Origin: Escherichia coli
Lineage (GTDB): Bacteria > Pseudomonadota > Gammaproteobacteria > Enterobacterales > Enterobacteriaceae
Reading direction: 5' to 3' (one strand)
Length of the DNA: 64,000 bases
Assembly: GCF_965641715.1 (NCBI RefSeq)
Contig: NZ_OZ282453.1
The notes under the pieces are model-generated. The model saw only the letters and a list, made by a program, of their open reading frames with translations. It did no database searches and was not told where the DNA came from. Both the position numbers and the translations under genes were made by a program. Below, in pieces: positions 12,577 through 24,769 of this stretch (position 1 is its first letter; every line of letters begins with the position of its first letter).

Positions 12577-13497
12577 TTAAATGTATAACGACGATTCTCC
12601 CACCGGGCGCGTTTTAAAGCGACGGTGGATCCAGAGGTACTGCTCCGGTGCGCGCATGATCTCTTTCTCGATAATCTTGTTCATATAGGCAGCGGCTTGA
12701 TTTTCATCTGTCGGGTAGCCTTCCATCTCTGGGGTGATGAACAAACGATATCCGCTGTAATCCGCTTTTCTTACCATCGTTACGGTCAACATGGCTGCGC
12801 CAGAGAGACGGGAGAGAACATAGGTGCCATTGGTTGTGGCGACATTTTCTACCGCAAAGAACGGCGCGAAGGAGCTGCCTTTACGACCATAATCCTGATC
12901 GGGAGCAAACCATACCGCTTCACCTTTCTTCAGTGCACTGACAATGCCGCGCAGATTATTTCTGCCGATCATCGCTTTGTTAGAGCGCATGCGACCACGG
13001 GTCTGCACCCATTCCATCAGCTGATTATTATGTGGACGATAGGTAGCCATCATTGGCTGACAAAGTCCCATCACGCGGCCGCCCAGTTCCAGCGACATAA
13101 AATGGACGCCGACAACCATTACGCCGCGATTTTGCATTTGTGCGCGTTTAAGGTTATCCAGCCCTTCAACATCAAACCATTTACGTACGCGACTGTCGGG
13201 CCAGAACCACGCCATGCCGGTTTCTACCAGCGCCATGCCGAGTGAACGAAAGTTTTCGGCAATCATCTTCTCGCGTTCTTCCGCAGAATGCTGCGGGAAG
13301 CAAAGTTCCAGGTTTTTACGGGCGATAGATTCACGCCGTTTCAGGAATGGTCGCGCCATTGCGCCAATACGCGTGCCGAGAAAGCAGAGAACAGGATAAG
13401 GAAGCTGTACCCAAAGCCAGAGTACACCAAGCCCAAACCATGTGAGCCAGTAGCGAGGATATAGAAACTCGCGGGAAAATTTGCATTGTGGAAACAT
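12577..13497 (-). CDS. lpxP: Lipid A palmitoleoyltransferase (cold-induced)
   Basis: LpxL/LpxP acyltransferase family; likely start is the internal Met (MFPQCKFSREF...), giving ~306 aa; the track ORF extends to 13563. Confidence 0.85.
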   Translation of the reverse strand: MFPQCKFSREFLYPRYWLTWFGLGVLWLWVQLPYPVLCFLGTRIGAMARPFLKRRESIARKNLELCFPQHSAEEREKMIAENFRSLGMALVETGMAWFWPDSRVRKWFDVEGLDNLKRAQMQNRGVMVVGVHFMSLELGGRVMGLCQPMMATYRPHNNQLMEWVQTRGRMRSNKAMIGRNNLRGIVSALKKGEAVWFAPDQDYGRKGSSFAPFFAVENVATTNGTYVLSRLSGAAMLTVTMVRKADYSGYRLFITPEMEGYPTDENQAAAYMNKIIEKEIMRAPEQYLWIHRRFKTRPVGESSLYI

Positions 13498-13849
13498 AGT
13501 TACCTTCTGTAGATACGAATTGTTGTATCGCAGAAGATTCCATGTCGACAGCGGTACACTCAATTGATTAGGCCATCATGTACGACAATGGTTCCTGTAA
13601 AGAGTGTAAAGACTAGTCAGGACATAACCACGAGGAGCATGAATGCGGTATCTGTACTTTATCACTCGCTGACTGCTTTCAGCTACTGATTATTAATCGT
13701 GCAAAGTAAATATTTTTCCGTACACAACAGTCTTGCATTTAACATGCTGTTTTCATTGATGCTTAGCAAAAATTGCCAGAGATTAAGGATTGTCTTACTA
13801 TTAAAGTGACTGAAGTTACAGGTTTTTTAGCGCGGCAGGAGGTTGAGCT

Positions 13850-14092
13850 ATGATTTATTTATGGATGTTTCTCGCCCTGTGTATTGTCTGCGTAAGCGGA
13901 TACATCGGTCAGGTACTGAACGTGGTATCGGCGGTCTCTTCTTTCTTCGGCATGGTGATCCTCGCTGCACTCATTTATTACTTCACCATGTGGTTAACTG
14001 GCGGTAATGAACTGGTGACGGGGATATTTATGTTTCTTGCCCCGGCTTGTGGCTTGATGATTCGCTTTATGGTGGGGTATGGCAGGCGATAG
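13850..14092 (+). CDS. yfdY: Small inner-membrane protein
   Basis: 80 aa, two predicted TM helices; K-12 position. Confidence 0.7.
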   Translation: MIYLWMFLALCIVCVSGYIGQVLNVVSAVSSFFGMVILAALIYYFTMWLTGGNELVTGIFMFLAPACGLMIRFMVGYGRR

Positions 14093-14168
14093 TGGGTCAG
14101 GATGGCTCATTTGGGCAGGTGTTCACATCAGCATCAGACATGATTGTTCACCTGCCAGGTGGCAGACG

Positions 14169-14444
14169 CTATCGCACAGGATGAATAAGATAATTCGCCT
14201 TTGTCGGAAAAGGGGGCGTGGTTTCTTCTGTGAGGTTTAATGGTGGCGCATCTTCTCTCATCTTAAACAAAATTGCCTGTGATGGCTGAATTTTTGTAGA
14301 GTGAGTTGTCGTCATCGCTGATGTTTTTTCCGTCTCTTTATAGCTCCTCTCACTTCCACCACCAGAAATGGAAAATGCAAAAACATTGCATGCCATAATA
14401 GAGACCAATAAAAATAAGCTAAAAAGTATTAAGTTTACTTTCAT
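14169..14444 (-). CDS. ypdI: Small putative lipoprotein
   Basis: 91 aa with N-terminal signal and Cys (LLVSIMAC); K-12 position. Confidence 0.65.
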   Translation of the reverse strand: MKVNLILFSLFLLVSIMACNVFAFSISGGGSERSYKETEKTSAMTTTHSTKIQPSQAILFKMREDAPPLNLTEETTPPFPTKANYLIHPVR

Positions 14445-14739
14445 AGAAAGTTATCCTGAAAATGGTTCACTGAGAATGTACGATGTTATGGCTGTATTTA
14501 CATATAATTAATCAATATTTACATCGATATAATAAATGACATCTCTTTGTGGTACATAAGAATAGTTCTCTGTGACAGGAAGCATATTCCTACAATTGTA
14601 AGACTAAAATACTTCTTGCGATAATAACTACAACTGTAAGATAACCCTTTCAAAATGACCGTTGCTCTCTGATTTCTCATTTCATGCTCACCCAATATGA
14701 TGGCGGCGTTTTCTAAAACTGTTAAAGAATGAGGTAAGT

Positions 14740-15372
14740 ATGAAACGTTTAATTATGGCTACGATGGTCACAGCTATTCTGGCATCTTCAACTGTATGGG
14801 CTGCTGATAATGCACCGGTAGCGGCACAACAGCAAACTCAGCAAGTTCAGCAAACCCAGAAAACGGCAGCAGCAGAGCGTATCTCTGAACAAGGTTTATA
14901 TGCGATGCGTGACGTGCAGGTAGCGCGCCTGGCTCTGTTTCATGGCGATCCGGAAAAGGCAAAAGAACTGACCAATGAAGCTTCCGCTTTGTTGTCAGAT
15001 GACAGTACCGAATGGGCAAAGTTCGCTAAGCCAGGTAAAAAGACCAATCTCAATGATGACCAATATATTGTCATTAATGCATCTGTCGGAATTTCTGAGA
15101 GTTATGTAGCAACACCCGAAAAAGAAGCCGCGATAAAAATTGCCAATGAAAAAATGGCGAAAGGGGATAAAAAGGGCGCAATGGAAGAGCTTCGCCTGGC
15201 CGGTGTTGGTGTAATGGAAAACCAATATCTGATGCCGCTTAAACAGACTCGTAATGCACTTGCTGATGCGCAGAAACTGCTTGATAAAAAGCAATACTAC
15301 GAGGCAAACCTGGCGCTTAAAGGTGCGGAAGATGGAATCATCGTCGATAGCGAAGCACTGTTTGTGAACTAA
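14740..15372 (+). CDS. yfdX: Periplasmic YfdX-family protein
   Basis: 210 aa with signal peptide (…STVWA/AD); first gene of the yfdX-frc-oxc-yfdV-yfdE cluster. Confidence 0.85.
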   Translation: MKRLIMATMVTAILASSTVWAADNAPVAAQQQTQQVQQTQKTAAAERISEQGLYAMRDVQVARLALFHGDPEKAKELTNEASALLSDDSTEWAKFAKPGKKTNLNDDQYIVINASVGISESYVATPEKEAAIKIANEKMAKGDKKGAMEELRLAGVGVMENQYLMPLKQTRNALADAQKLLDKKQYYEANLALKGAEDGIIVDSEALFVN

Positions 15373-15884
15373 TGCTGACAGGCAGTATATTGAGGTAAAG
15401 GATTTAACTCCCTCCAGCCGACAATTTTTTATGACCACAATACGACAGGTTGTGGTCATAAAATTATTTGGCGCTCGCGGTTCTATAAACTCGCATTTTA
15501 TATTCCTCAAAGTAAACCGCAATAATCCCGTGTCATCACAAATCATTTATTATGTTATGTTTTATGGTACGCTTTAAAAAGCGTAATCATACCCTTGCTT
15601 GTAAATCACCGGCGCTTCTTACAGTTGTAAGAATAACATCACAAATGTCGCGGCTCTCTCTGATTACCGCGAGCCAATATTTATCATATTCTTCTTTTCG
15701 TCCTCACTACTTACCATGCGGAAAGGAATTGGAAGTGGCGATGAAATGATTTTCAGCACTTGATACGGGAATTTAAAAATATCGAGTGCCGCTACGACGA
15801 TATTTTGCGGATTATTTATAGAGGGCGTTATGCCTTAAATAAACGCTAAATTAACACATATTTAATTAACTAATAGGTATTGCT

Positions 15885-17135
15885 ATGTCAACTCCACTTC
15901 AAGGAATTAAAGTTCTCGATTTCACCGGTGTGCAATCTGGCCCATCTTGTACTCAAATGCTGGCCTGGTTTGGCGCTGACGTCATTAAAATTGAACGCCC
16001 CGGCGTTGGTGACGTAACGCGTCACCAGCTGCGAGATATTCCTGATATCGATGCGCTTTACTTCACCATGCTTAACAGTAACAAACGTTCTATTGAGTTA
16101 AATACCAAAACAGCGGAAGGCAAAGAGGTAATGGAAAAGCTGATCCGCGAAGCTGATATCTTAGTCGAGAACTTTCATCCAGGGGCCATTGATCACATGG
16201 GTTTCACCTGGGAGCATATTCAAGAAATCAATCCACGTCTGATTTTTGGTTCGATCAAAGGGTTTGATGAGTGTTCGCCTTATGTGAATGTAAAAGCCTA
16301 TGAAAACGTTGCTCAGGCAGCGGGTGGCGCGGCATCCACTACGGGTTTTTGGGACGGTCCGCCGCTGGTAAGCGCTGCAGCGTTAGGAGACAGCAACACC
16401 GGAATGCATTTGCTGATCGGTTTACTTGCTGCTTTGCTGCATCGCGAAAAAACGGGGCGTGGGCAACGAGTCACCATGTCAATGCAGGATGCCGTATTGA
16501 ACCTTTGCCGCGTGAAATTACGCGACCAGCAGCGTCTCGATAAATTGGGTTATCTGGAAGAATACCCGCAGTATCCGAATGGCACATTTGGTGATGCAGT
16601 TCCCCGCGGAGGTAATGCGGGTGGTGGCGGTCAGCCTGGCTGGATCCTGAAATGTAAAGGTTGGGAAACCGATCCTAACGCCTATATTTATTTCACTATT
16701 CAGGAGCAAAACTGGGAAAACACCTGTAAAGCCATCGGCAAACCAGATTGGATTACCGATCCGGCATACAGTACAGCCCATGCCCGACAGCCACATATTT
16801 TCGATATTTTTGCTGAAATCGAAAAATACACTGTCACTATTGATAAACATGAAGCGGTGGCCTATTTGACTCAATTTGATATTCCTTGTGCACCGGTTTT
16901 AAGTATGAAAGAAATTTCACTTGATCCCTCTTTGCGCCAAAGTGGCAGTGTTGTCGAAGTGGAACAACCGTTGCGTGGAAAATATCTGACAGTTGGTTGT
17001 CCAATGAAATTCTCTGCCTTTACGCCAGATATTAAAGCTGCGCCGCTATTAGGTGAACATACCGCTGCTGTATTGCAGGAGCTGGGTTATAGCGACGATG
17101 AAATTGCTGCAATGAAGCAAAACCACGCCATCTGA
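15885..17135 (+). CDS. frc: Formyl-CoA:oxalate CoA-transferase
   Basis: 416 aa family III CoA-transferase; K-12 synteny. Confidence 0.9.
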   Translation: MSTPLQGIKVLDFTGVQSGPSCTQMLAWFGADVIKIERPGVGDVTRHQLRDIPDIDALYFTMLNSNKRSIELNTKTAEGKEVMEKLIREADILVENFHPGAIDHMGFTWEHIQEINPRLIFGSIKGFDECSPYVNVKAYENVAQAAGGAASTTGFWDGPPLVSAAALGDSNTGMHLLIGLLAALLHREKTGRGQRVTMSMQDAVLNLCRVKLRDQQRLDKLGYLEEYPQYPNGTFGDAVPRGGNAGGGGQPGWILKCKGWETDPNAYIYFTIQEQNWENTCKAIGKPDWITDPAYSTAHARQPHIFDIFAEIEKYTVTIDKHEAVAYLTQFDIPCAPVLSMKEISLDPSLRQSGSVVEVEQPLRGKYLTVGCPMKFSAFTPDIKAAPLLGEHTAAVLQELGYSDDEIAAMKQNHAI

Positions 17136-17188
17136 TATTAACGGGGGCTTCTGGCTCCCAATTTATAAAAATTTCGAGGTTATTAATC

Positions 17189-18883
17189 ATGTCAGATCAA
17201 CTTCAAATGACAGATGGTATGCATATCATCGTTGAAGCATTAAAACAGAATAATATTGACACTATTTATGGTGTTGTAGGTATTCCTGTGACGGATATGG
17301 CGCGCCATGCCCAGGCGGAAGGCATTCGTTATATTGGTTTTCGTCATGAGCAGTCGGCAGGCTATGCCGCTGCGGCAAGCGGTTTTCTTACCCAAAAACC
17401 GGGGATCTGCCTGACAGTTTCTGCGCCAGGATTCCTCAATGGTTTGACCGCATTGGCCAACGCAACGGTAAATGGTTTTCCGATGATCATGATTAGCGGC
17501 TCCAGCGACCGCGCGATCGTCGACCTACAGCAAGGTGATTATGAAGAGCTGGACCAAATGAATGCGGCAAAACCGTATGCCAAAGCAGCATTTCGCGTTA
17601 ATCAGCCGCAGGATCTTGGCATTGCATTGGCACGCGCTATCCGGGTCTCCGTATCGGGTCGCCCTGGCGGAGTTTATCTTGATTTGCCAGCAAATGTCCT
17701 GGCCGCGACGATGGAAAAAGACGAAGCGTTAACCACGATTGTAAAAGTTGAAAATCCGTCGCCAGCATTATTGCCATGCCCGAAGTCAGTCACTAGCGCA
17801 ATTTCGCTTTTAGCAAAAGCTGAACGGCCATTAATTATCCTTGGCAAAGGCGCGGCGTATTCACAAGCTGATGAACAGCTTCGTGAATTTATTGAAAGTG
17901 CCCAGTTTCCATTCCTGCCAATGTCTATGGCGAAAGGGATCCTCGAAGATACGCATCCACTTTCTGCGGCAGCTGCGCGTTCGTTTGCCCTGGCAAATGC
18001 TGACGTTGTCATGCTTGTTGGTGCACGACTGAATTGGTTACTGGCACACGGTAAAAAAGGATGGGCGGCAGATACACAGTTTATTCAACTGGATATTGAA
18101 CCGCAGGAAATTGACAGCAACCGCCCCATTGCTGTGCCAGTCGTTGGCGATATTGCATCCAGTATGCAAGGTATGCTGGCAGAACTGAAACAAAACACAT
18201 TTACGACTCCACTGGTATGGCGCGATATTTTAAATATCCACAAGCAGCAAAATGCACAAAAAATGCATGAAAAATTGAGTACAGATACCCAACCATTAAA
18301 TTACTTTAATGCATTAAGTGCTGTGCGCGATGTATTACGCGAGAACCAGGATATTTATTTAGTAAATGAAGGGGCAAATACCCTGGATAATGCACGAAAT
18401 ATTATTGATATGTATAAACCACGTCGTCGTCTGGATTGTGGTACCTGGGGTGTCATGGGCATCGGTATGGGCTATGCCATCGGTGCTAGCGTGACCTCTG
18501 GTTCTCCGGTTGTCGCCATTGAAGGTGATAGTGCTTTTGGTTTCAGTGGGATGGAGATTGAAACGATTTGTCGATATAACCTGCCGGTGACGATCGTTAT
18601 TTTTAATAATGGCGGCATCTACAGAGGAGACGGTGTTGATCTCAGTGGCGCTGGTGCACCATCACCAACAGATCTGTTGCACCATGCAAGGTATGACAAA
18701 TTAATGGATGCGTTTCGTGGCGTTGGCTATAACGTCACCACGACAGATGAACTTCGTCATGCTTTAACCACCGGTATTCAGTCGCGCAAACCGACCATTA
18801 TTAATGTGGTCATCGACCCTGCAGCAGGAACTGAAAGTGGCCATATTACCAAACTTAACCCAAAACAAGTCGCTGGTAATTAA
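17189..18883 (+). CDS. oxc: Oxalyl-CoA decarboxylase (ThDP-dependent)
   Basis: 564 aa with ThDP-binding motif region (GDSAFGFSGME…NNGG). Confidence 0.9.
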   Translation: MSDQLQMTDGMHIIVEALKQNNIDTIYGVVGIPVTDMARHAQAEGIRYIGFRHEQSAGYAAAASGFLTQKPGICLTVSAPGFLNGLTALANATVNGFPMIMISGSSDRAIVDLQQGDYEELDQMNAAKPYAKAAFRVNQPQDLGIALARAIRVSVSGRPGGVYLDLPANVLAATMEKDEALTTIVKVENPSPALLPCPKSVTSAISLLAKAERPLIILGKGAAYSQADEQLREFIESAQFPFLPMSMAKGILEDTHPLSAAAARSFALANADVVMLVGARLNWLLAHGKKGWAADTQFIQLDIEPQEIDSNRPIAVPVVGDIASSMQGMLAELKQNTFTTPLVWRDILNIHKQQNAQKMHEKLSTDTQPLNYFNALSAVRDVLRENQDIYLVNEGANTLDNARNIIDMYKPRRRLDCGTWGVMGIGMGYAIGASVTSGSPVVAIEGDSAFGFSGMEIETICRYNLPVTIVIFNNGGIYRGDGVDLSGAGAPSPTDLLHHARYDKLMDAFRGVGYNVTTTDELRHALTTGIQSRKPTIINVVIDPAAGTESGHITKLNPKQVAGN

Positions 18884-18952
18884 ATACTGACATCGTCTCC
18901 TCTTGCCAACTCATTATGCGATGGTGAGGGGACCCTTATCGGAAATACTATT

Positions 18953-19897
18953 ATGCTAACATTTTTTATTGGCGATTTATTGCCTATTATCGTAATCATG
19001 CTGTTGGGTTATTTTAGCGGCAGACGAGAAACTTTTTCAGAAGATCAAGCCCGGGCATTTAATAAACTGGTTTTAAACTACGCGCTTCCTGCAGCCCTAT
19101 TTGTTTCTATTACCCGGGCAAACAGGGAAATGATTTTTGCGGACACTCGTCTGACCCTTGTATCACTCGTGGTTATTGTCGGATGTTTCTTTTTCTCCTG
19201 GTTTGGTTGCTACAAATTTTTTAAACGTACCCATGCAGAAGCAGCTGTATGTGCATTAATTGCAGGTTCACCTACCATTGGATTCCTGGGGTTTGCAGTT
19301 CTCGATCCTATTTATGGTGATTCCGTATCAACAGGTTTAGTGGTAGCAATTATTTCTATTATTGTTAACGCAATTACTATTCCTATTGGTCTGTATTTGC
19401 TGAATCCTTCCTCAGGAGCGGATGGTAAGAAGAATAGTAATCTGAGCGCATTAATTTCTGCGGCAAAGGAGCCTGTAGTATGGGCACCTGTTCTGGCAAC
19501 GATCCTGGTGCTGGTTGGGGTAAAAATCCCGGCAGCATGGGACCCAACCTTTAATCTGATTGCGAAGGCTAACTCAGGGGTAGCGGTATTCGCTGCGGGG
19601 TTGACTCTGGCTGCACATAAATTCGAGTTCAGTGCCGAAATTGCTTATAACACCTTCCTGAAACTGATTCTGATGCCACTGGCGCTGCTTCTTGTTGGTA
19701 TGGCATGTCATTTGAACAGCGAACATCTGCAGATGATGGTACTGGCAGGCGCATTACCGCCGGCATTCTCCGGAATCATTATTGCCAGCCGGTTTAATGT
19801 CTACACCCGCACTGGTACAGCGTCATTGGCTGTGAGCGTACTGGGTTTTGTCGTCACGGCTCCCTTGTGGATTTATGTCAGTCGACTGGTTTCATAA
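18953..19897 (+). CDS. yfdV: AEC-family transporter
   Basis: 314 aa polytopic membrane protein; K-12 synteny. Confidence 0.85.
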
Positions 19898-19925
19898 TTA
19901 ATCATGTTATTGATTTTACATAAAT

Positions 19926-19956
19926 GCCGAAGTGTCTTTTCACCTTCGGCTTTTTT
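19926..19956 (+). terminator. Intrinsic terminator after yfdV
   Basis: gccgaag-N11-cttcggc hairpin followed by TTTTTT. Confidence 0.6.
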
Positions 19957-19970
19957 CAAGGCATAAGCAA

Positions 19971-21116
19971 ATGACAAATAATGAAAGCAAAGGGCCGTTT
20001 GAAGGCTTATTAGTTATCGATATGACACATGTCCTTAATGGACCTTTCGGAACTCAACTTCTTTGTAATATGGGCGCAAGGGTAATTAAAGTTGAGCCGC
20101 CGGGTCATGGTGATGATACCCGCACATTTGGTCCCTATGTGGATGGACAGTCACTCTATTACAGTTTTATTAATCATGGTAAAGAGAGTGTGGTTCTTGA
20201 TTTAAAGAATGATCACGATAAAAGTATATTTATAAATATGCTTAAACAAGCTGATGTATTAGCTGAGAATTTTCGCCCAGGTACAATGGAAAAACTGGGG
20301 TTTTCATGGGAAAGGTTACAAGAAATCAACCCGCGCCTCATATATGCTTCATCGTCAGGTTTCGGACATACCGGTCCGCTAAAAGATGCTCCTGCCTACG
20401 ATACCATCATTCAGGCAATGAGCGGGATAATGATGGAAACGGGATACCCTGATGCTCCGCCAGTGCGCGTTGGTACTTCTCTTGCGGATCTATGCGGCGG
20501 TGTCTATTTATTCAGCGGAATAGTGAGTGCACTTTATGGCCGCGAAAAGAGCCAGAGAGGGGCGCATGTCGATATAGCGATGTTTGATGCCACTCTGAGT
20601 TTTCTGGAGCACGGGCTGATGGCATATATCGCGACTGGGAAGTCACCACAACGTTTGGGAAATCGCCACCCCTACATGGCACCTTTTGATGTTTTCGATA
20701 CTCAGGATAAGCCGATTACGATTTGTTGTGGTAATGACAAGCTTTTTTCTGCGTTATGCCAGGCACTGGAGCTTACGGAACTGGTTAATGATCCCCGATT
20801 TAGCAGCAATATTTTACGCGTAAAAAACCAGGCTATTCTTAAACAATATATTGAGCGGACGTTAAAAACGCAGGCAGCTGAAGTTTGGTTAGCCAGAATA
20901 CATGAAGTTGGTGTACCCGTCGCGCCGTTATTAAGTGTGGCTGAGGCCATTAATTTGCCACAAACTCAGGCGAGAAATATGTTGATTGAAGCCGGGGGAA
21001 TAATGATGCCGGGTAATCCGATAAAAATCAGTGGCTGCGCGGACCCGCATGTTATGCCGGGAGCGGCAACGCTCGACCAGCATGGGGAGCAAATTCGCCA
21101 GGAGTTCTCATCATAA
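19971..21116 (+). CDS. yfdE: Acetyl-CoA:oxalate CoA-transferase
   Basis: Family III CoA-transferase paralogous to frc; K-12-like start at internal Met (MTNNESKGPFEG) gives 381 aa. Confidence 0.85.
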   Translation: MTNNESKGPFEGLLVIDMTHVLNGPFGTQLLCNMGARVIKVEPPGHGDDTRTFGPYVDGQSLYYSFINHGKESVVLDLKNDHDKSIFINMLKQADVLAENFRPGTMEKLGFSWERLQEINPRLIYASSSGFGHTGPLKDAPAYDTIIQAMSGIMMETGYPDAPPVRVGTSLADLCGGVYLFSGIVSALYGREKSQRGAHVDIAMFDATLSFLEHGLMAYIATGKSPQRLGNRHPYMAPFDVFDTQDKPITICCGNDKLFSALCQALELTELVNDPRFSSNILRVKNQAILKQYIERTLKTQAAEVWLARIHEVGVPVAPLLSVAEAINLPQTQARNMLIEAGGIMMPGNPIKISGCADPHVMPGAATLDQHGEQIRQEFSS

Positions 21117-21171
21117 ATGTAAGATGTGCTGGTAAATAGCTCCCACATTTGAACATTGTGGGAGCCGCTAT

Positions 21172-24100
21172 TTAGTCATTTTGCTGACAGAAAACAGCAA
21201 TCTCCTGGTCCAGCTCTGCAATGTGTTCTTTTACAGAGTTCAGCAGCTGAAGAATTTCAGGCTTACTGTCATCTGAAACAGGTGTTATTTCTAACTGATG
21301 GCTAATATTAATCAACTTTTGCAAATTCAGGATGTTAGCCGCACCGTGGATGCGATGAATACACTGATGGAAAGTTCTGTTATCGCCAGCTTGCAGCGCA
21401 TGAAATGCAGCGGGTAGATCTTTATGCGTTTCATGCTGGAAAGTCATGAGAATCTCCTGCATCAGTTGTAGATCGTTCGCCGTATTATTTTTCAGGGCCT
21501 CGATATCAAGGTGGCGATACTGAGGTACAATATGTGCAACCTGGTGTAACTGACTTAAATGTGTTTTCAGTACATCCAGGGTCAACGGTTTGAACAAACA
21601 TAAGTTCATGCCGCAATTTAACCCTTTTTCACGTTCGTTAGCCTGTGCGTTGGCTGTAAGCCCCCAGATGGGTAAGGAAGAATTTTGCTCACGGAGTTTG
21701 CGAGTCAACTCAAAACCATCCATATTCGGCATATTAACGTCAGTAACAAGCAGATCATAATGTTGCATACTGACTTTGTGTAGCGCTTGCACACCATCGG
21801 TGGCTTCATCAACATCATATCCTAATAGATTTAGCTGGCGTTTGAGTAATAGCCTGTTGGTCGGATGATCATCCGCGATTAATATGCTCAACTTTTCAGG
21901 TAGTGTGATAGGTTGTTCTGCTTTTGCCTCGACAGCCGCCACTTGTTGGGTAATTTCTACCGGGATTGTGATCGTAAATGTTGTTCCTATGCCTGGATGA
22001 CTTTCTAATGACAAATCACCCTGCATGTTTTTAATTAATTCTTTGCAGATCATTAAGCCTAAACCAGAACCTGTTTGCTGACGACCTGCACTTGTTTGGC
22101 TATAACGTTTAAACAGTTGTTGTTGTTCTTCCTGTGATAATCCACTTCCAGAATCCATAATCGTCATTTTGATTACAGCGTGGTTGTCATCAATGTGAAC
22201 CAGGGAGGTCGTAATTTTTACTGCCCCCTCGGTGGTAAATTTGAGAGCATTACTCAGTAAATTTGATAAGACCTGCTTAAACGCCTGAGGGTCGATCTTA
22301 ACCAGGTAATGTTCAGGAAACGTACTGCTGCAACTTAATGCGATCGATTTGCTTGCAGCAATCGCACCGAAAGAGTGACAAGTGTTCTGGACTAAAGTAG
22401 GAATATCGACCCATTGTGGTTGAAGTTGATAGTTACCCGATTCAATTTTGTCGACATCAAGGATTTCACCAATTAAGCCGAGGAGTGATTGTCCGGTGGC
22501 GTAGGCAAGTGAAATCGCCTCCACCCGTTGTTCCTTGCTAAGACCAGAACCCGACAGAAGTTCCAGGAAGCCCATAATGGAGCTTATTGGTGTTCTTATT
22601 TCGTGACTCATTGTTGCCAGAAACTGACTTTTTGCGACAGTTGCATTGATCGCTTTATTTCTCTCTACTTCGAGTGCATGAATTAAATCACGCGTCTCGG
22701 TAATATCTTGCCAACCACAAATATAAACAGCATGTTCGCTGGCTGGCAGATTACATAATGTATGCCAGTGATTAATGCATCTTTTCTCGATGCCATTATC
22801 AATTTCAAATACCTGTGTGTATATTGTTCGATTTTCTTTCGTCTCTGCTGTGACTTCATGCGTATTAGAAAAAACATCTTTAAAGGGTGATTCACTGTTT
22901 TCTAATGGCAACATTGCATTTTTGTAGTAATCAGCAGTGAAATAATGTTCAAATGCACTATTGTGACTAATGACATTACCTTGCCAGTTTACAACATAAG
23001 TTGGATTCGGTAAGGAGTCCGAGAGCGCTTTCCGGAATGATATTTGGTTTTCTAAATCACCCTGAATGACTTTACGACGACGAACTGAGCGTAACAGGTA
23101 GAATCCCCATAAAAGGCTACTGCCAACTAATAAAACGGATAATGTCGTAACAATATAAAATTGCTCGCTATAGAGGTCCCATGTGTCAATGGTCACATTG
23201 GGCATTTTAATCCATTTTTCGGTCAGGCGCAGAACTTCGCTTGGGGGGATTGCATTCAGTGCTTTATTAATAATATCCTTAAGTTCCGGTTCTCCGCGAG
23301 GAAAAGCGAACGAAAGCGATGCATTCGGAACGCCGGGAATAAGAAAATGATAAAGTTCATTAGGATAGTAATGGTCGATCATGTAACGTGAATTTAGCTG
23401 TGTCGCGACCAGAGCATCAAGTTCACCTTCCTTGACCTTGTGAAATGCAGCGCTGGCGTTATCGACTTTTATCCACTCTACCTCCGGATACATCTCTTTT
23501 AATTGCGAATGCAGCTCATAATAATATGGAATGGCAACTTTCATTCCTTTTTTTAATGTTTGTTCACTGTCAGGCGCTTTTTGCATGACAAAAACGTAAG
23601 GCGTTGTTATGAAGGCTTCAGCAAATAAAACATTATTTTCTCTATCTTCACTATAAATAGCACCGGGTAATATATCCCATCCGCCGGGATTCAGCTGTGT
23701 TCCAGCATGGATATTGTGTGAAACGGTGATCGGAGAAAAATTTAAACCTGTTTGCAAGGTAATAATATTAAGAATGTCCCCCATAACGCCCCGAACCGAG
23801 CCATTTTCATCCGTCATAGAATAGGGGGGCGAGTAAGGATTTTCCAGCACCTTTAAATCGGGATGCTGCTTAATCCATTGTTTTTCATGTTCAGTGAGTT
23901 CTAATGGTTTGTTCAGAAAGGCCAGGTTTCCTGTATCAAGCCAATTTTGTGATACTTCATAGCGAACTTCATTTGTCAAAGCATCAACAAATCGATTGAG
24001 TACTTCATTAAGAACGACAGATTCTTTTCTGGTCAAGAAAAAATTATATTGACGCGGTGAGTTATAATATTTCACTACATTTAAGGAGTGAGTGAAATAG

Positions 24101-24765
24101 CGGGAAATCATACTGCTGGTAATGATGTTACTACCAATAAAGTAATCATTCTGTCCGGCAGAGACGGATGCTAATGCCTGATATAAATTTGTAAAAGAGA
24201 TAATTGTTGCTTTTGGAAATGATTGATGAATTACCTCGTCAGGGGGATAATTTGCTACTCGAGCAATATTTACTGGTTTTGATGAGGTAAGCGGTCGCAT
24301 TGAATCGTGAAGGGTGGTGACCAGCGCCGGAAAGGTAATTATCAGTGGTTTGGTTGCAGCAATGTCATCATTAAGAGGCGGCGAAGCAACTAAATGTGAT
24401 AACACTATATCGACTTCACCTTCTTCCAGCGCGTCCATTGCTTTTTGATGATCGGCGTATTCCCGGAGTGTTAATTTGATATTTAACGCTCTTTTTAAAA
24501 GATTTAAATAATCAGCATTAATACCACGAACCCGTTGCTGCGAATCGGTATGCAACAACGTAGCCGTTTGGGACTTATGTACTGCAATCACAAGATTTTT
24601 TTTGCTCGCTAACCAACGTAATTCCTTGTTGCTCAGACGTAGTGGATCAAGTGTGACACGGTTGTTACTACTGATGCCACGATATTCGATGTAATCTTCG
24701 TCTGCGAAACTTATGGTCGACCAAAGACCACAACAGAGAAGAAAAATATAGGGTAAAAACTTCAT
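21172..24765 (-). CDS. evgS: Hybrid sensor histidine kinase
   Basis: 1197 aa: periplasmic solute-binding-like domains, HisKA/HATPase, receiver and HPt domains. Confidence 0.9.
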   Translation of the reverse strand: MKFLPYIFLLCCGLWSTISFADEDYIEYRGISSNNRVTLDPLRLSNKELRWLASKKNLVIAVHKSQTATLLHTDSQQRVRGINADYLNLLKRALNIKLTLREYADHQKAMDALEEGEVDIVLSHLVASPPLNDDIAATKPLIITFPALVTTLHDSMRPLTSSKPVNIARVANYPPDEVIHQSFPKATIISFTNLYQALASVSAGQNDYFIGSNIITSSMISRYFTHSLNVVKYYNSPRQYNFFLTRKESVVLNEVLNRFVDALTNEVRYEVSQNWLDTGNLAFLNKPLELTEHEKQWIKQHPDLKVLENPYSPPYSMTDENGSVRGVMGDILNIITLQTGLNFSPITVSHNIHAGTQLNPGGWDILPGAIYSEDRENNVLFAEAFITTPYVFVMQKAPDSEQTLKKGMKVAIPYYYELHSQLKEMYPEVEWIKVDNASAAFHKVKEGELDALVATQLNSRYMIDHYYPNELYHFLIPGVPNASLSFAFPRGEPELKDIINKALNAIPPSEVLRLTEKWIKMPNVTIDTWDLYSEQFYIVTTLSVLLVGSSLLWGFYLLRSVRRRKVIQGDLENQISFRKALSDSLPNPTYVVNWQGNVISHNSAFEHYFTADYYKNAMLPLENSESPFKDVFSNTHEVTAETKENRTIYTQVFEIDNGIEKRCINHWHTLCNLPASEHAVYICGWQDITETRDLIHALEVERNKAINATVAKSQFLATMSHEIRTPISSIMGFLELLSGSGLSKEQRVEAISLAYATGQSLLGLIGEILDVDKIESGNYQLQPQWVDIPTLVQNTCHSFGAIAASKSIALSCSSTFPEHYLVKIDPQAFKQVLSNLLSNALKFTTEGAVKITTSLVHIDDNHAVIKMTIMDSGSGLSQEEQQQLFKRYSQTSAGRQQTGSGLGLMICKELIKNMQGDLSLESHPGIGTTFTITIPVEITQQVAAVEAKAEQPITLPEKLSILIADDHPTNRLLLKRQLNLLGYDVDEATDGVQALHKVSMQHYDLLVTDVNMPNMDGFELTRKLREQNSSLPIWGLTANAQANEREKGLNCGMNLCLFKPLTLDVLKTHLSQLHQVAHIVPQYRHLDIEALKNNTANDLQLMQEILMTFQHETHKDLPAAFHALQAGDNRTFHQCIHRIHGAANILNLQKLINISHQLEITPVSDDSKPEILQLLNSVKEHIAELDQEIAVFCQQND

Positions 24766-24769
24766 GTGG